Source: Hyphomicrobiales bacterium (lineage in GTDB: Bacteria; Pseudomonadota; Alphaproteobacteria; Rhizobiales; Hyphomicrobiaceae). Taken from it: a DNA stretch of 52,581 bases. Location of the stretch: positions 1 to 52,581 of the forward strand of contig JANOKV010000503.1 of the NCBI GenBank assembly GCA_031419415.1, given 5' to 3'. Positions 1 to 8,511 of this stretch are shown in pieces. Position 1 is the stretch's first letter, and each line of letters starts with the position of its first letter. The position numbers and the translations under genes are program-made. Under the pieces are notes generated by a model. The model ran no database searches. It was given only the letters and a program-made list of their open reading frames with translations, and was not told the DNA's origin.

Positions 1-1
1 C

Positions 2-625
2 AAGGGCATTCGCTATGTCGCGTCATGGGACGACAAAGAGCCTTCGATCCACGTTGGGCACACCAATCCCAGCCAGTTTCTCTACCAGGACGACAAGGCC
101 TTCCACGAAGGATTTGCCGTGCTGGGTAAACTCGGTCTGACATTCGACGCGTGGCTCTATCACACAGGCCTGCCCACTGTGATCGCGCTCGCGCGCAAAT
201 TTCCGAGCCAACCGATCGTGCTCGACCATTGCGGCGGGCCACTCGGATTAGGCTGGTACGCGGGCAAGCGCGACGAGATCTTCGCCGACTGGAGCAAAAA
301 TATCCGTGAGCTGGCCAAGTGCCAAAACGTCATGATCAAGCTTGGCGGCCTGGGCATGCGCGTGAACGGCTTCGATTTCCACGCGCGGGCCACACCGCCC
401 ACGTCGGAAGTATTGGCGGCTGCGTGGCGGCCCTACATCGAGACGTGCATCGAAGCGTTCGGGCCGAGCCGCGCCATGTTCGAAAGCAACTTCCCCGTAG
501 ACAAGCTTTCGGGCAGCTACGCGGTTTATTGGAACGCCTTCAAGCGGCTGGCGTCAGGCGCGTCCGATGCGGAAAAAGCACAACTCTTCCGCGAGACGGC
601 CCGCACGTTCTACGGCCTGCCATGA
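2..625 (+). CDS. amidohydrolase-2 family metal-dependent hydrolase, 5' end cut by window edge
   Basis: Frame of ORF 119..625 stays open back to nt 2 (KGIRYVASWDDKEPSIHVG...), so the gene starts upstream of the window. 'QPIVLDHCGGP' and 'MFESNFPVDK' blocks are typical of PF04909-type amidohydrolases. Confidence 0.7.
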   Translation, partial: KGIRYVASWDDKEPSIHVGHTNPSQFLYQDDKAFHEGFAVLGKLGLTFDAWLYHTGLPTVIALARKFPSQPIVLDHCGGPLGLGWYAGKRDEIFADWSKNIRELAKCQNVMIKLGGLGMRVNGFDFHARATPPTSEVLAAAWRPYIETCIEAFGPSRAMFESNFPVDKLSGSYAVYWNAFKRLASGASDAEKAQLFRETARTFYGLP

Positions 626-649
626 CAATGTGACGGCTGTGGCGGTGGC

Positions 650-676
650 GGCGCAATACGCTGACGTTATTGCGCC
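650..676. terminator. 9-bp inverted repeat between convergent genes (possible bidirectional terminator)
   Basis: GGCGCAATA (650-658) pairs with TATTGCGCC (668-676), 9-nt loop. Lies between stop codons at 625 (+) and 685 (-). No clear U-tract. Confidence 0.25.
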
Positions 677-684
677 CGGGCTGA

Positions 685-1548
685 TCAAAACGTCGTGCGA
701 ATGCTCGTTTTGGTCAGGTGGTCGATCGCCATCAATTCGCGCATCAGGCCCTCGAACGCTTTCAGCGGCACCATGTTGGGGCCATCCGAGGGAGCATTGT
801 CAGGGTCTTGGTGGGTTTCGATGAAGAGGCCCGCGACGCCGACGGCGACCGCGGCGCGCGCCAACACCGGTACGAATCGGCGATCCCCACCGCTGGATGT
901 TCCCTGGCCTCCCGGCTGCTGCACCGCATGCGTGGCATCGAAAATCACCGGCGCGCCCGTCTCGGCCAGGATGGCCAGCGCCCGCATGTCGACGACGAGG
1001 GTGTTGTAGCCGAACGACACGCCGCGCTCGGTGACGAGCACGTTGGCATTGCCGCTGTCTGTGACCTTGGCCACGACATTGCGCATGTCCCAGGGGGCGA
1101 GGAACTGGCCCTTCTTGATTTTCACGACCTTGCCGGTACGCGCTGCGGCAACGAGCAGGTCCGTCTGGCGGCACAGAAATGCCGGGATCTGCAGGACATC
1201 GACGTGGGGCGCCAGGATACGGCATTGCTCGGGCTCGTGCACGTCGGTCACGACGGGCAGGCCCAGCGTTAGGCGGATCTCGTCGAATACGGCGAGCGCT
1301 CCGTCGAGGCCGATGCCGCGTTTGCCCGAAAGAGATGTGCGGTTGGCTTTATCGAAGCTCGATTTATAGACGAGGCCGAGGCCCAGTCGCGTCGCGATCT
1401 CTTTCAGGCCGGACGCCATTTCGAGCGCGTGCGCGCGGCTCTCCATTTGGCAGGGACCGGCAAAGACCGCCAGCGGGCGATCCCGCGCGAACGTCACTGG
1501 GCCGACGGAGACGACCGGATTGGGCGTGAGTGAGGTTGTTTTCGTCAT
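685..1548 (-). CDS. kdsA: 2-dehydro-3-deoxyphosphooctonate aldolase (KDO-8-phosphate synthase)
   Basis: 287 aa, ATG start. Full-length KdsA-like sequence with 'FAGPCQMES', 'YKSSFDKANRTS', 'LQIPAFLCRQTDLL', 'KIKKGQFLAPWDM', 'VIFDATHAVQQPGG', 'GLFIETHQDPDNAPSDGPNM'. Confidence 0.95.
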   Translation of the reverse strand: MTKTTSLTPNPVVSVGPVTFARDRPLAVFAGPCQMESRAHALEMASGLKEIATRLGLGLVYKSSFDKANRTSLSGKRGIGLDGALAVFDEIRLTLGLPVVTDVHEPEQCRILAPHVDVLQIPAFLCRQTDLLVAAARTGKVVKIKKGQFLAPWDMRNVVAKVTDSGNANVLVTERGVSFGYNTLVVDMRALAILAETGAPVIFDATHAVQQPGGQGTSSGGDRRFVPVLARAAVAVGVAGLFIETHQDPDNAPSDGPNMVPLKAFEGLMRELMAIDHLTKTSIRTTF

Positions 1549-1627
1549 GCCCCATCATAACAGCCCCGACCCGAGTGAACGAGTGCGCTGCAGTCGCGGT
1601 CATCAGCCCCATTTTCCAGCCGTCGTC

Positions 1628-2086
1628 TCACTTCTTCTTCGGCCCCTTGCGCAAGGGCACGGCGCCGTGCGCGGCGAGTTTCTCGAAGCGGGGCAGGTCG
1701 TCGTGGATGTCGAACCAGGACACCTGCTCCCCGATGTGGGCGTGCCCTGTGGGTGGCCACTTCGAGGGATCATCGAGGGTTCCGTGGAAGAGGTGGACTT
1801 CTTTCGGCCAGCGGGCGCCGGCATAGGCCATGGGCGAGCCACACTTAGGGCAGAAATAGCGCTGCACGCCGAGCGAGGACTCATACACGGCCGGGTCACC
1901 CTTGAGATATCGAAATTGATCGATATTGACGCCGACATAAGTTGCAACCGCCGAGGAGACCGCACGTCGGCAGCTTTCGCAATGGCAATGCATGACCCAC
2001 TTGGGCGCACCCTCGAACTCATACTCGAGATAGCGGCATTGACAGTGTCCCTGGGTCACCTGCTTCGACCGGGTCATTGATGTCAT
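1628..2086 (-). CDS. GFA family protein (CENP-V/glutathione-dependent formaldehyde-activating fold, Zn-binding)
   Basis: 152 aa, ATG start. Cys clusters 'CQCRY', 'HCHCESCRR', 'FCPKCGSP' typical of PF04828. Confidence 0.8.
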   Translation of the reverse strand: MTSMTRSKQVTQGHCQCRYLEYEFEGAPKWVMHCHCESCRRAVSSAVATYVGVNIDQFRYLKGDPAVYESSLGVQRYFCPKCGSPMAYAGARWPKEVHLFHGTLDDPSKWPPTGHAHIGEQVSWFDIHDDLPRFEKLAAHGAVPLRKGPKKK

Positions 2087-2282
2087 ACCTCCTGCGCACG
2101 CGAAATGGTAGATCGCTTACGGGCTCGAGCCCTCGAACCACGACTATACGGCCTCGGTGGGAGTGTGTCGCGAATTCCGTATTGTTTCGTGAATCCCTCG
2201 TATGCGCGTTTGACCCGCACTGCCCCACGCCGATACGGTCGCGCCAAGCAATGCCTGATGCCTGACGTACGGAGACGGACCC

Positions 2283-3122
2283 ATGCCGAGCCTCGAGACG
2301 ACCCTGCGGGGGTTAGCTGCAGAGCGCATCGATCTGCGCCCACCCTGGACCCGAGGCAGCCGACCCGTGGTCTTTCATCACGGTATCGGCACGAATCGGG
2401 ACATCTGGGCGGGATGGTTACCGGCCATCGCCGGTAAGCGGCCCTGCGTGCGGTTCGACTTGAAAGGTTACGGTCAATCAATCGTTCCTCCAAAAGACCA
2501 CGTCTGGTCGATGGACGACCTCGTCGCCGACCTTGGCGAAGTCATGGACTTGGCGGGATCGGGGCCCGTGCATCTCGTGGGTGAATCGCTCGGCGGGACG
2601 GTTGTGCTGGCCATGGCCGCCCGCCACCCCGACCGCGTCGCTTCCGCGACGGTGAGCAACACGGCCTATAAGGGGGCCGGCATTCAATACGTCAAAGGGT
2701 GGCGAGAGGAGTTTCGCCGTCGCGGCGTGCGCACCTGGAGCCGGGACATGATGGACAAGCGGTTTGTGCCGGGCACGCTCGACGAGGCGCGGCGCTCCTG
2801 GTTCGAAGCCGAGCAGGAAAAATCGCCCGATCATGTAACCGTCGGCTACGGCGAACTGCTTGCCGGCACGGACCTGACGGCAGAGCTGCCCCGCATCAAG
2901 GCGCCGCTACTGGTCCTGATGCCGGATCGCAGTCCGTTCGTCACAGCGCGCATGGCCGTGGAACTCGCCGAGCACATCCCGCACGCAGAGGTCTGCATGT
3001 TTCCCGGCGCACGCCACGGGTTGCCTTTCTCCCATGCCGCCGAATGTTCCGAGCGGCTGGCGCATTTTCTCGACAGAGCCGAGCGAGGCGAAACGGGGCG
3101 GGCGGCGCTGCCAGCTCGGTGA
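2283..3122 (+). CDS. alpha/beta-fold hydrolase (enol-lactonase-like)
   Basis: 279 aa, ATG start. 'VVFHHGIG' oxyanion region, nucleophile elbow 'GESLGG', C-terminal 'GARHGLPFSH' catalytic His region. Confidence 0.85.
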   Translation: MPSLETTLRGLAAERIDLRPPWTRGSRPVVFHHGIGTNRDIWAGWLPAIAGKRPCVRFDLKGYGQSIVPPKDHVWSMDDLVADLGEVMDLAGSGPVHLVGESLGGTVVLAMAARHPDRVASATVSNTAYKGAGIQYVKGWREEFRRRGVRTWSRDMMDKRFVPGTLDEARRSWFEAEQEKSPDHVTVGYGELLAGTDLTAELPRIKAPLLVLMPDRSPFVTARMAVELAEHIPHAEVCMFPGARHGLPFSHAAECSERLAHFLDRAERGETGRAALPAR

Positions 3123-3135
3123 CAGGTAGAACAGC

Positions 3136-3801
3136 GTGAAACGGTGGGCGGCACGAATCCTGAAATTGGCGGTAGCGGTGATCGCTAGCGTTCTCGCACT
3201 TATGGTCGCCTATAAGTTCGTCGATCCCCCAACGACGCCGACGTGGCTCGTGAGCGCGCTCCTGCAAGAGCCAGTCGAACAGAGATCGGTGCCGCTGCAC
3301 GGCATCTCGCGGCACTTGATCGAAGCCGTGATCGCAGCGGAAGACGGCCGGTTCTGCACGCACGGCGGCGTCGACTTCGCACAACTGGGGAAAGTGCTCG
3401 AGGAGTCCGGCGCGGGGTTTTCTCGGGGCGCCAGCACAATTTCGATGCAGCTCGTCAAGAACGTCTTTCTGTGGCCACAACGCAGTTACGTGCGTAAGGC
3501 GCTCGAAATCCCCCTCGCGCTGGCCTTGGACCTGATCCATACGAAACGGCGTATTCTCGAGATGTATCTCAACATTGCCGAATGGGGACCGGGGATTTAT
3601 GGCGCGGAGGCCGCCGCCCGCTATCATTTCAACAAGCCCGCATCTCAACTGACGGCTGCCGAAGCAGCACGCCTCGCCGTCTCTCTCCCCAACCCGACCC
3701 AGCGTGATGCAGCCGACCCCGAACCCCGGGTTCTGCGCCTGGCCGGGATCATCGCCGCCCGCGTGCGCACCGGCGTCAATACGACGTGCCTCGTCGATTG
3801 A
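3136..3801 (+). CDS. mtgA: monofunctional peptidoglycan glycosyltransferase
   Basis: 221 aa, GTG start, N-terminal TM helix. GT51 motifs 'AAEDGRFCTHGGVDF', 'GASTISMQLVKN', 'KRRILEMYLNIAEWG'. Confidence 0.9.
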   Translation: MKRWAARILKLAVAVIASVLALMVAYKFVDPPTTPTWLVSALLQEPVEQRSVPLHGISRHLIEAVIAAEDGRFCTHGGVDFAQLGKVLEESGAGFSRGASTISMQLVKNVFLWPQRSYVRKALEIPLALALDLIHTKRRILEMYLNIAEWGPGIYGAEAAARYHFNKPASQLTAAEAARLAVSLPNPTQRDAADPEPRVLRLAGIIAARVRTGVNTTCLVD

Positions 3802-3861
3802 CGGATATCCCGGCGCGCGGAGGCGTGTATTCTGCCGATCTGTCATCAATGGGGACCGACC

Positions 3862-4740
3862 ATGCCGACCCGCCCACAGCAACAGATACCTGCCTTCTAC
3901 CACCGCCGGATTGGCGACATCGTCGTCACCTCGCTGAGTGACGGGACACTCGAGCGCACGAACGAAATGATGCTTGGCGTGCCCGCCGACGAGGGACAGC
4001 GCTGGCTCGGGGCGGCGTTCCGCTCCACCTTCGTTCTATCGATCAACGCTTTCCTCATCTACTCGGGCTCGCGGATCGCTCTGGTCGAGACTGGGTCTGG
4101 AGATTACCTCGGGCCCGCCGCCGGCCATTTGCTCGCCAATTTGAAAGCCGCAGGCGTATCGCCCACTGACATCGATACGATCCTGCTGACCCACATGCAC
4201 CCCGACCATTCGGCGGGACTGACCGACCTGGCGACGGGAAAACCGCACTATCCCAAAGCTGAACTCGTCGTGCACGAAACCGAGCCCAAACACTGGTTCG
4301 ATGACGCGGCCATGGCGCGTGGGACCGAACGCGAAAAAAAGCTGATGTTCCAGCAAGCGCGCGAGCAGACGCTGCCGTACCGCGACCGCATGCGCACCTT
4401 TACGAAGGGCGACGTGTTTCCCGGCGTGACCGCCATCGCCGCGCATGGCCACACGCCGGGGCATACGGCCTATCTCATCGAGTCCGGCGGCGAGCGGCTT
4501 TTAATCTGGGGCGACGTTGTGCACATGCCGGAAGTGCAGGTGTCGCGCCCCGAGATCTCCATGGTCGTCGATACCGACCCGAGTGCTGCCGCCGCCACCC
4601 GCCGCCGAATGTTCGATATGGTGGCGAGCGAACGGTTATTGGTCACGGGTATGCACATGCACTATCCGGGTTTCGGGCATGTGGCAAAGGACGGCGCGAC
4701 CTATCGCTTCGTGCCGGAGGCGTGGCGTCAGAACATGTAA
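3862..4740 (+). CDS. MBL-fold metallo-hydrolase
   Basis: 292 aa, ATG preceded by GGGGA. 'LLTHMHPDHSAG' (HxHxDH) and downstream 'AHGHTPGH' metal ligands. Confidence 0.85.
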   Translation: MPTRPQQQIPAFYHRRIGDIVVTSLSDGTLERTNEMMLGVPADEGQRWLGAAFRSTFVLSINAFLIYSGSRIALVETGSGDYLGPAAGHLLANLKAAGVSPTDIDTILLTHMHPDHSAGLTDLATGKPHYPKAELVVHETEPKHWFDDAAMARGTEREKKLMFQQAREQTLPYRDRMRTFTKGDVFPGVTAIAAHGHTPGHTAYLIESGGERLLIWGDVVHMPEVQVSRPEISMVVDTDPSAAAATRRRMFDMVASERLLVTGMHMHYPGFGHVAKDGATYRFVPEAWRQNM

Positions 4741-4780
4741 CCCTGGATCAGCGCTCGACAGCACCGCAGCCTGCGTGGCA

Positions 4781-4808
4781 AGCGTTATAGTCAATGAGTC
4801 ATATCGCT
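4781..4808. promoter_or_regulatory. candidate ModE/Mo-box operator
   Basis: CGTTATAG-N8-TCATATCG imperfect inverted repeat just upstream of the modA ATG. Same half-site form and 8-nt spacer as the E. coli modA operator as I recall it (CGTTATAT-N8-ACATAACG). Confidence 0.35.
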
Positions 4809-4813
4809 TGGTG

Positions 4814-5629
4814 ATGCAGATGTGGTTGCCCCACAGCGCGAAAAAAGCGTTCGTTCGAGCCTTTCTCGCCGCACTATTCGTATGGTGTGCTGGCGCGGCT
4901 TATGCACGGGCCAGCGCGACTCCCGTCATCGCGGTGGCGTCCGATTTGCAGTTCGCCATCGTGGACGTGGCTGAGGCCTTCCGCAAGAAGACCGGCAGCG
5001 CCGTGCGGCTGTCTTTTGGGTCTTCGGGAAATTTTGCGCGGCAGTTGCGTCAAGGCGCGCCGTTCGAGCTGTTCCTATCGGCCGACGAAACCTACATCGA
5101 TGACTTGGCGCGAGACGGCGTGATGCGCGACCCGGGGCGGCTTTACGCCATCGGTCGTCTCGCGCTCTTCGTGCCTAAAGGCTCGCCACTCGTTTCGGAC
5201 AGCACTCTGGACGATCTCGCGGCGGCGCTTTCCGATGGCCGGTTGAAGAAATTCGCAATCGCCAATCCCGAGCATGCCCCCTATGGGCGGCGCGCCGAAG
5301 AGGCGCTGCGCCACCGGGGGGTGTGGGACGCGATATCTGGCCGCCTCGTTTTGGGTGAAAACGTGTCTCAAGCGGCACAATTCGCAACTTCAGGCAACGT
5401 CCAGGCCGCCATCCTCTCCTACGCGCACGTGCTGTCGCCGAAAATCGCCACGCTCGGCAGTTTCGCCCTCATCCCCGAAACGTGGCATCGGCCGATCCGC
5501 CAGCGGATGGCCTTGACGAAAACGGCTGGACTGGTAGCCGAAGCCTTTTACACGTTCGCGCAAACCCCGGCAGCGCGCGCGATTTTCCGCGCACATGGTT
5601 TTGCGTTGCCAGACGAAGCGACGCAATAG
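4814..5629 (+). CDS. modA: molybdate ABC transporter substrate-binding protein
   Basis: The listed ORF 4517..5629 overlaps the MBL gene. An internal ATG at 4814 (or 4820) gives a signal peptide (..FVWCAGAAYA) then ModA-like 'SFGSSGNFARQLRQGAPFELFLSADE', 'ANPEHAPYG'. Confidence 0.88.
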   Translation: MQMWLPHSAKKAFVRAFLAALFVWCAGAAYARASATPVIAVASDLQFAIVDVAEAFRKKTGSAVRLSFGSSGNFARQLRQGAPFELFLSADETYIDDLARDGVMRDPGRLYAIGRLALFVPKGSPLVSDSTLDDLAAALSDGRLKKFAIANPEHAPYGRRAEEALRHRGVWDAISGRLVLGENVSQAAQFATSGNVQAAILSYAHVLSPKIATLGSFALIPETWHRPIRQRMALTKTAGLVAEAFYTFAQTPAARAIFRAHGFALPDEATQ

Positions 5630-5663
5630 CGAGAAACAGCCGCGTGCTGAACCGAGGTGGCAG

Positions 5664-6332
5664 ATGGATTGGGTGGCGCTGACGCTGTCGTTGAAGCTAG
5701 CGCTGATGACGGTGCTCGTGCTGTTGCCGCTCGGTATCGTGGCGGGGCGATGGCTCGCCTATCGACAGTTTCCCGGCAAGGCCTGGGTCGAAGCAGCCGT
5801 CGCGTTGCCGTTGGTGCTGCCACCGACGGTGCTGGGGTATTATCTGCTCGTGGTCTTCGGTGCGGCCTCGCCACTGGGCCAACTCTGGCAGTCGATGGTG
5901 GGGCGGCAATTGGTGTTTTCGTTCGAAGGCCTGCTGATCGCCTCTGTGATCTTCAACATTCCTTTCGCCATTCAACCCGTCCAACGCAGCTTCGAGACCA
6001 TCCCACCCGAAGTGCGCGAAGCCGCCGCTTGTTGCGGAATGACGCCTTGGCAGTCGCTGCGTCGCGTGGAGTTACCGCTGGCATGGCCCGGCGTTCTGAC
6101 GGCGATGGTGTTGAGTTTCGCCCATACGCTGGGTGAGTTCGGCATTGTGCTGATGGTGGGAGGAAGTATCCCCGGCGAAACGCGCACGATTGCAATCTCG
6201 ATTTACGACCGTGTGCAGGCTTTCGACGACGTGTCGGCCGCCCAGATGTCTGCGTTTCTGCTGGCGCTATCGCTCGTGGCGGTGGCCCTAGCGTTCGGAT
6301 TTTCGCGGCGTATCGGCCGGCAGTTCGGGTGA
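5664..6332 (+). CDS. modB: molybdate ABC transporter permease
   Basis: ATG at 5664 (MDWVALTLSLKL...). Multi-TM protein with ModB-type EAA loop 'EAAACCGMTPWQSLRRVELPLAWPG' and 'GEFGIVLMVGGSIPGETRT'. Confidence 0.9.
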   Translation: MDWVALTLSLKLALMTVLVLLPLGIVAGRWLAYRQFPGKAWVEAAVALPLVLPPTVLGYYLLVVFGAASPLGQLWQSMVGRQLVFSFEGLLIASVIFNIPFAIQPVQRSFETIPPEVREAAACCGMTPWQSLRRVELPLAWPGVLTAMVLSFAHTLGEFGIVLMVGGSIPGETRTIAISIYDRVQAFDDVSAAQMSAFLLALSLVAVALAFGFSRRIGRQFG

Positions 6333-6335
6333 AGC

Positions 6336-7451
6336 ATGCGGGGCCTCATCGTCACGTTGCATGACGACACGCCCATCCCGCTGGCGGTCGATTTCACCTG
6401 CGCGCCTGGGCAGATGATAGCGCTCGTCGGTCCCTCGGGGAGTGGCAAGTCGACCATTCTGCGATCGATCGCGGGACTGTATCGACCGGGCCGCGCCCAC
6501 GTGCGTGTCGACGCCGAGGTCTGGCAAGACACCGCATCCGGCACGCACGTCCCGACATGGCAGCGCCGGGTCGGCTTGGTGCCACAGAGCTATGCCCTGT
6601 TCCCCCATTTGACGGCGCGTGCCAATGTCGAGGCTGCCCTCGGGGATCGTGACACCGCCGCTGCCGCCAAACGTGCCGACGAACTTCTGGCGCTGGTCAA
6701 CCTGCACGGTCTCGAGAACCGTCGGCCGGCAGAACTGTCGGGTGGCCAGCAACAGCGCGTCGCCGTTGCGCGCGCGCTCGCTCGGGAGCCCGCCGTGCTG
6801 CTGCTCGATGAACCGTTTTCCGCCGTCGACAAGCTGACGCGCGGCCGCCTCTACCAGGAATTGGCGGGGATGCGCGCGCGTCTTGCCATGCCAATCGTGC
6901 TGGTGACACACGACCTCGACGAAGCGCTCATCTTGGCCGACAGCATGTGCCTGCTGCAGCGGGGACGCATCCTACAGCAAGGCCGTCCGCTCGATCTCGT
7001 CCATCGTCCCTCGACGTTGGAGGCCGCACGCCTCGTGGGCCAGCGCAACATCTTCCCGGCGCGTGTGATTGGCCACGATACAACGCAGAGCATGACGTTA
7101 CTGGAATGGCGCGAACGCCGCCTGACGGCCCACCATCAACCCCAGTGGTTAGCGGGAACCGACGTTTCGTGGCTGGTCCCGCCGTCGCGCGTGCTGCTGC
7201 ATCGGCGCGATCGACCCTCGCGAGGCGAGGCCGAAAATCCGGTGACTGGCACGATCACCAGTCATGTCGCGCTCGGCGACACGACGATATCGACCGTGCA
7301 GCTCGAAGGGGCGGAAGGCCGCGCCCTGACGTTTCACGCCCCGCGCCATGTGGCCGAGCGCAATGCCATCGCCGTCGGCGTGAGCGTCGGGCTGTCGATC
7401 CTGCGCGAAGCCATCCACATCATGCCGGCGGGAACGCCCATGCGGAAATAG
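6336..7451 (+). CDS. modC: molybdate ABC transporter ATP-binding protein with C-terminal TOBE/Mop domain
   Basis: 371 aa. Walker A 'GPSGSGKS', signature '[15 protein letters not shown]', Walker B 'LLLDEPFSAVD'. About 130-aa C-terminal extension as in ModC. Confidence 0.9.
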   Translation: MRGLIVTLHDDTPIPLAVDFTCAPGQMIALVGPSGSGKSTILRSIAGLYRPGRAHVRVDAEVWQDTASGTHVPTWQRRVGLVPQSYALFPHLTARANVEAALGDRDTAAAAKRADELLALVNLHGLENRRPAELSGGQQQRVAVARALAREPAVLLLDEPFSAVDKLTRGRLYQELAGMRARLAMPIVLVTHDLDEALILADSMCLLQRGRILQQGRPLDLVHRPSTLEAARLVGQRNIFPARVIGHDTTQSMTLLEWRERRLTAHHQPQWLAGTDVSWLVPPSRVLLHRRDRPSRGEAENPVTGTITSHVALGDTTISTVQLEGAEGRALTFHAPRHVAERNAIAVGVSVGLSILREAIHIMPAGTPMRK

Positions 7452-7466
7452 CGGTCGGCGTCCAAC

Positions 7467-8237
7467 TCAACTGCGGTTCTTGCGGTCGCGAACCTCGCCG
7501 AAAACCTCCCAGTCGGCGGCATTTTCCATGCCGAGCCGTTTGCGGATGGCCGCACTCTGTGGGCGCAGGAACGGATTGGTGGCGAGTTCCAGATCGATCC
7601 GCGTCGGCAGGGTGGGCTTGCCAGCCGCGACCAGCTTCTCGATCTCCGCAGTCCGCTTTTTCAGCGCCTCGTTCTCCGGCTCGATCGTCATCGCGAAACG
7701 GGCGTTGGAGAGCGTATATTCGTGCCCGCAGTAAACCACGGTCTGGGGTGGCAACGCGGCAAGCTTCACCAACGACTGCCACATCATCTCCATGGTGCCC
7801 TCGATGACACGCCCACACCCGACAGCGAAGAGAGTGTCACCTGCGAATGCCACATCGGACGACGGGATCCAGTAAGTAATGTGGCCTGCCGTATGCCCTG
7901 GCGTGTCGAGGACGCGCACTTCGCAGTCCGCGAACGCGAACGTGTCGCCCTCGCCCACGGTCTTGTCGAGACCTTTGATTTTCGCCGCTTCAGCCCTGGG
8001 TCCGATTACCGTGGCCCCCGTCTCCGCCTTGAGCGGTTCCACGCCTTGGGTGTGATCGGCGTGGTGATGCGTGACGAAAATGTGGGTCAAGTTCCAGCCC
8101 TTGGCGCGTAGAGCTTGGCGCACCGGCTCGGCTTCCGGCACATCGATGGCCGCCGTCAGACCGCTGGCGGCATCGTGAACGAGAACGCCGTAATTGTCCT
8201 TGAGGCACGGAAACTGATGGACGTCCAGCTTTGCCAT
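7467..8237 (-). CDS. gloB: hydroxyacylglutathione hydrolase (glyoxalase II)
   Basis: 256 aa, ATG start. 'FPCLKDNYGVLVHD', 'THHHADH', 'TPGHTAGHITY', 'VYCGHEYT', 'NPFLR'. Confidence 0.92.
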   Translation of the reverse strand: MAKLDVHQFPCLKDNYGVLVHDAASGLTAAIDVPEAEPVRQALRAKGWNLTHIFVTHHHADHTQGVEPLKAETGATVIGPRAEAAKIKGLDKTVGEGDTFAFADCEVRVLDTPGHTAGHITYWIPSSDVAFAGDTLFAVGCGRVIEGTMEMMWQSLVKLAALPPQTVVYCGHEYTLSNARFAMTIEPENEALKKRTAEIEKLVAAGKPTLPTRIDLELATNPFLRPQSAAIRKRLGMENAADWEVFGEVRDRKNRS

Positions 8238-8400
8238 TTCGGCATCTCCTTCGCGCGACCGGATTGACGTGCGCGCAGCGCACTGCCAGCCAGCATCCTA
8301 CCTTAAATATCTGCCCGAGAACACCAATAGGCCCTCGCCGCCGCCGTTTGTCCCGTTCAGTAATGGATTTCTAGGCAGCACGTCCACAGCCTCGATCCGG

Positions 8401-8418
8401 CTGTCATGTGACTGTCAC
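8401..8418 (+). promoter_or_regulatory. Pho box (PhoB binding site) of the pst promoter
   Basis: CTGTCAT-GTGA-CTGTCAC: two 7-bp direct repeats with 4-bp spacer, matching the CTGTCAT-N4-CTGTCAT consensus. TATAGC -10-like hexamer lies 10 nt downstream. About 94 nt upstream of the pstS ATG. Confidence 0.65.
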
Positions 8419-8511
8419 GCAGCCCGGCTATAGCCCCGTCCAGGAGCGGGAAGGTTCGGCCCGAGTCCGCCGCGCACTGCGCGATCCGGACCCCCGAATT
8501 TAGGAGGCATT

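Noticed and set aside
2100-2180. GGTTCGAG...CTACCA on the minus strand in the GFA/hydrolase divergent region, resembling a tRNA 3' half, plus the 12-bp palindrome GGGCTCGAGCCC
   Set aside because: No matching T stem, acceptor stem or anticodon arm could be folded, so the resemblance is probably chance.
2941-3903. 320-aa minus-strand ORF antisense to mtgA
   Set aside because: No motifs and an Arg/Gly/Pro-rich composition typical of off-frame ORFs in GC-rich DNA. mtgA on the plus strand has unambiguous GT51 motifs.
4517-4813. N-terminal 99-aa extension of the modA ORF
   Set aside because: It overlaps the 3' end of the MBL hydrolase gene in another frame and is Cys/Arg-rich. The signal peptide and ModA similarity begin at the ATG at 4814.
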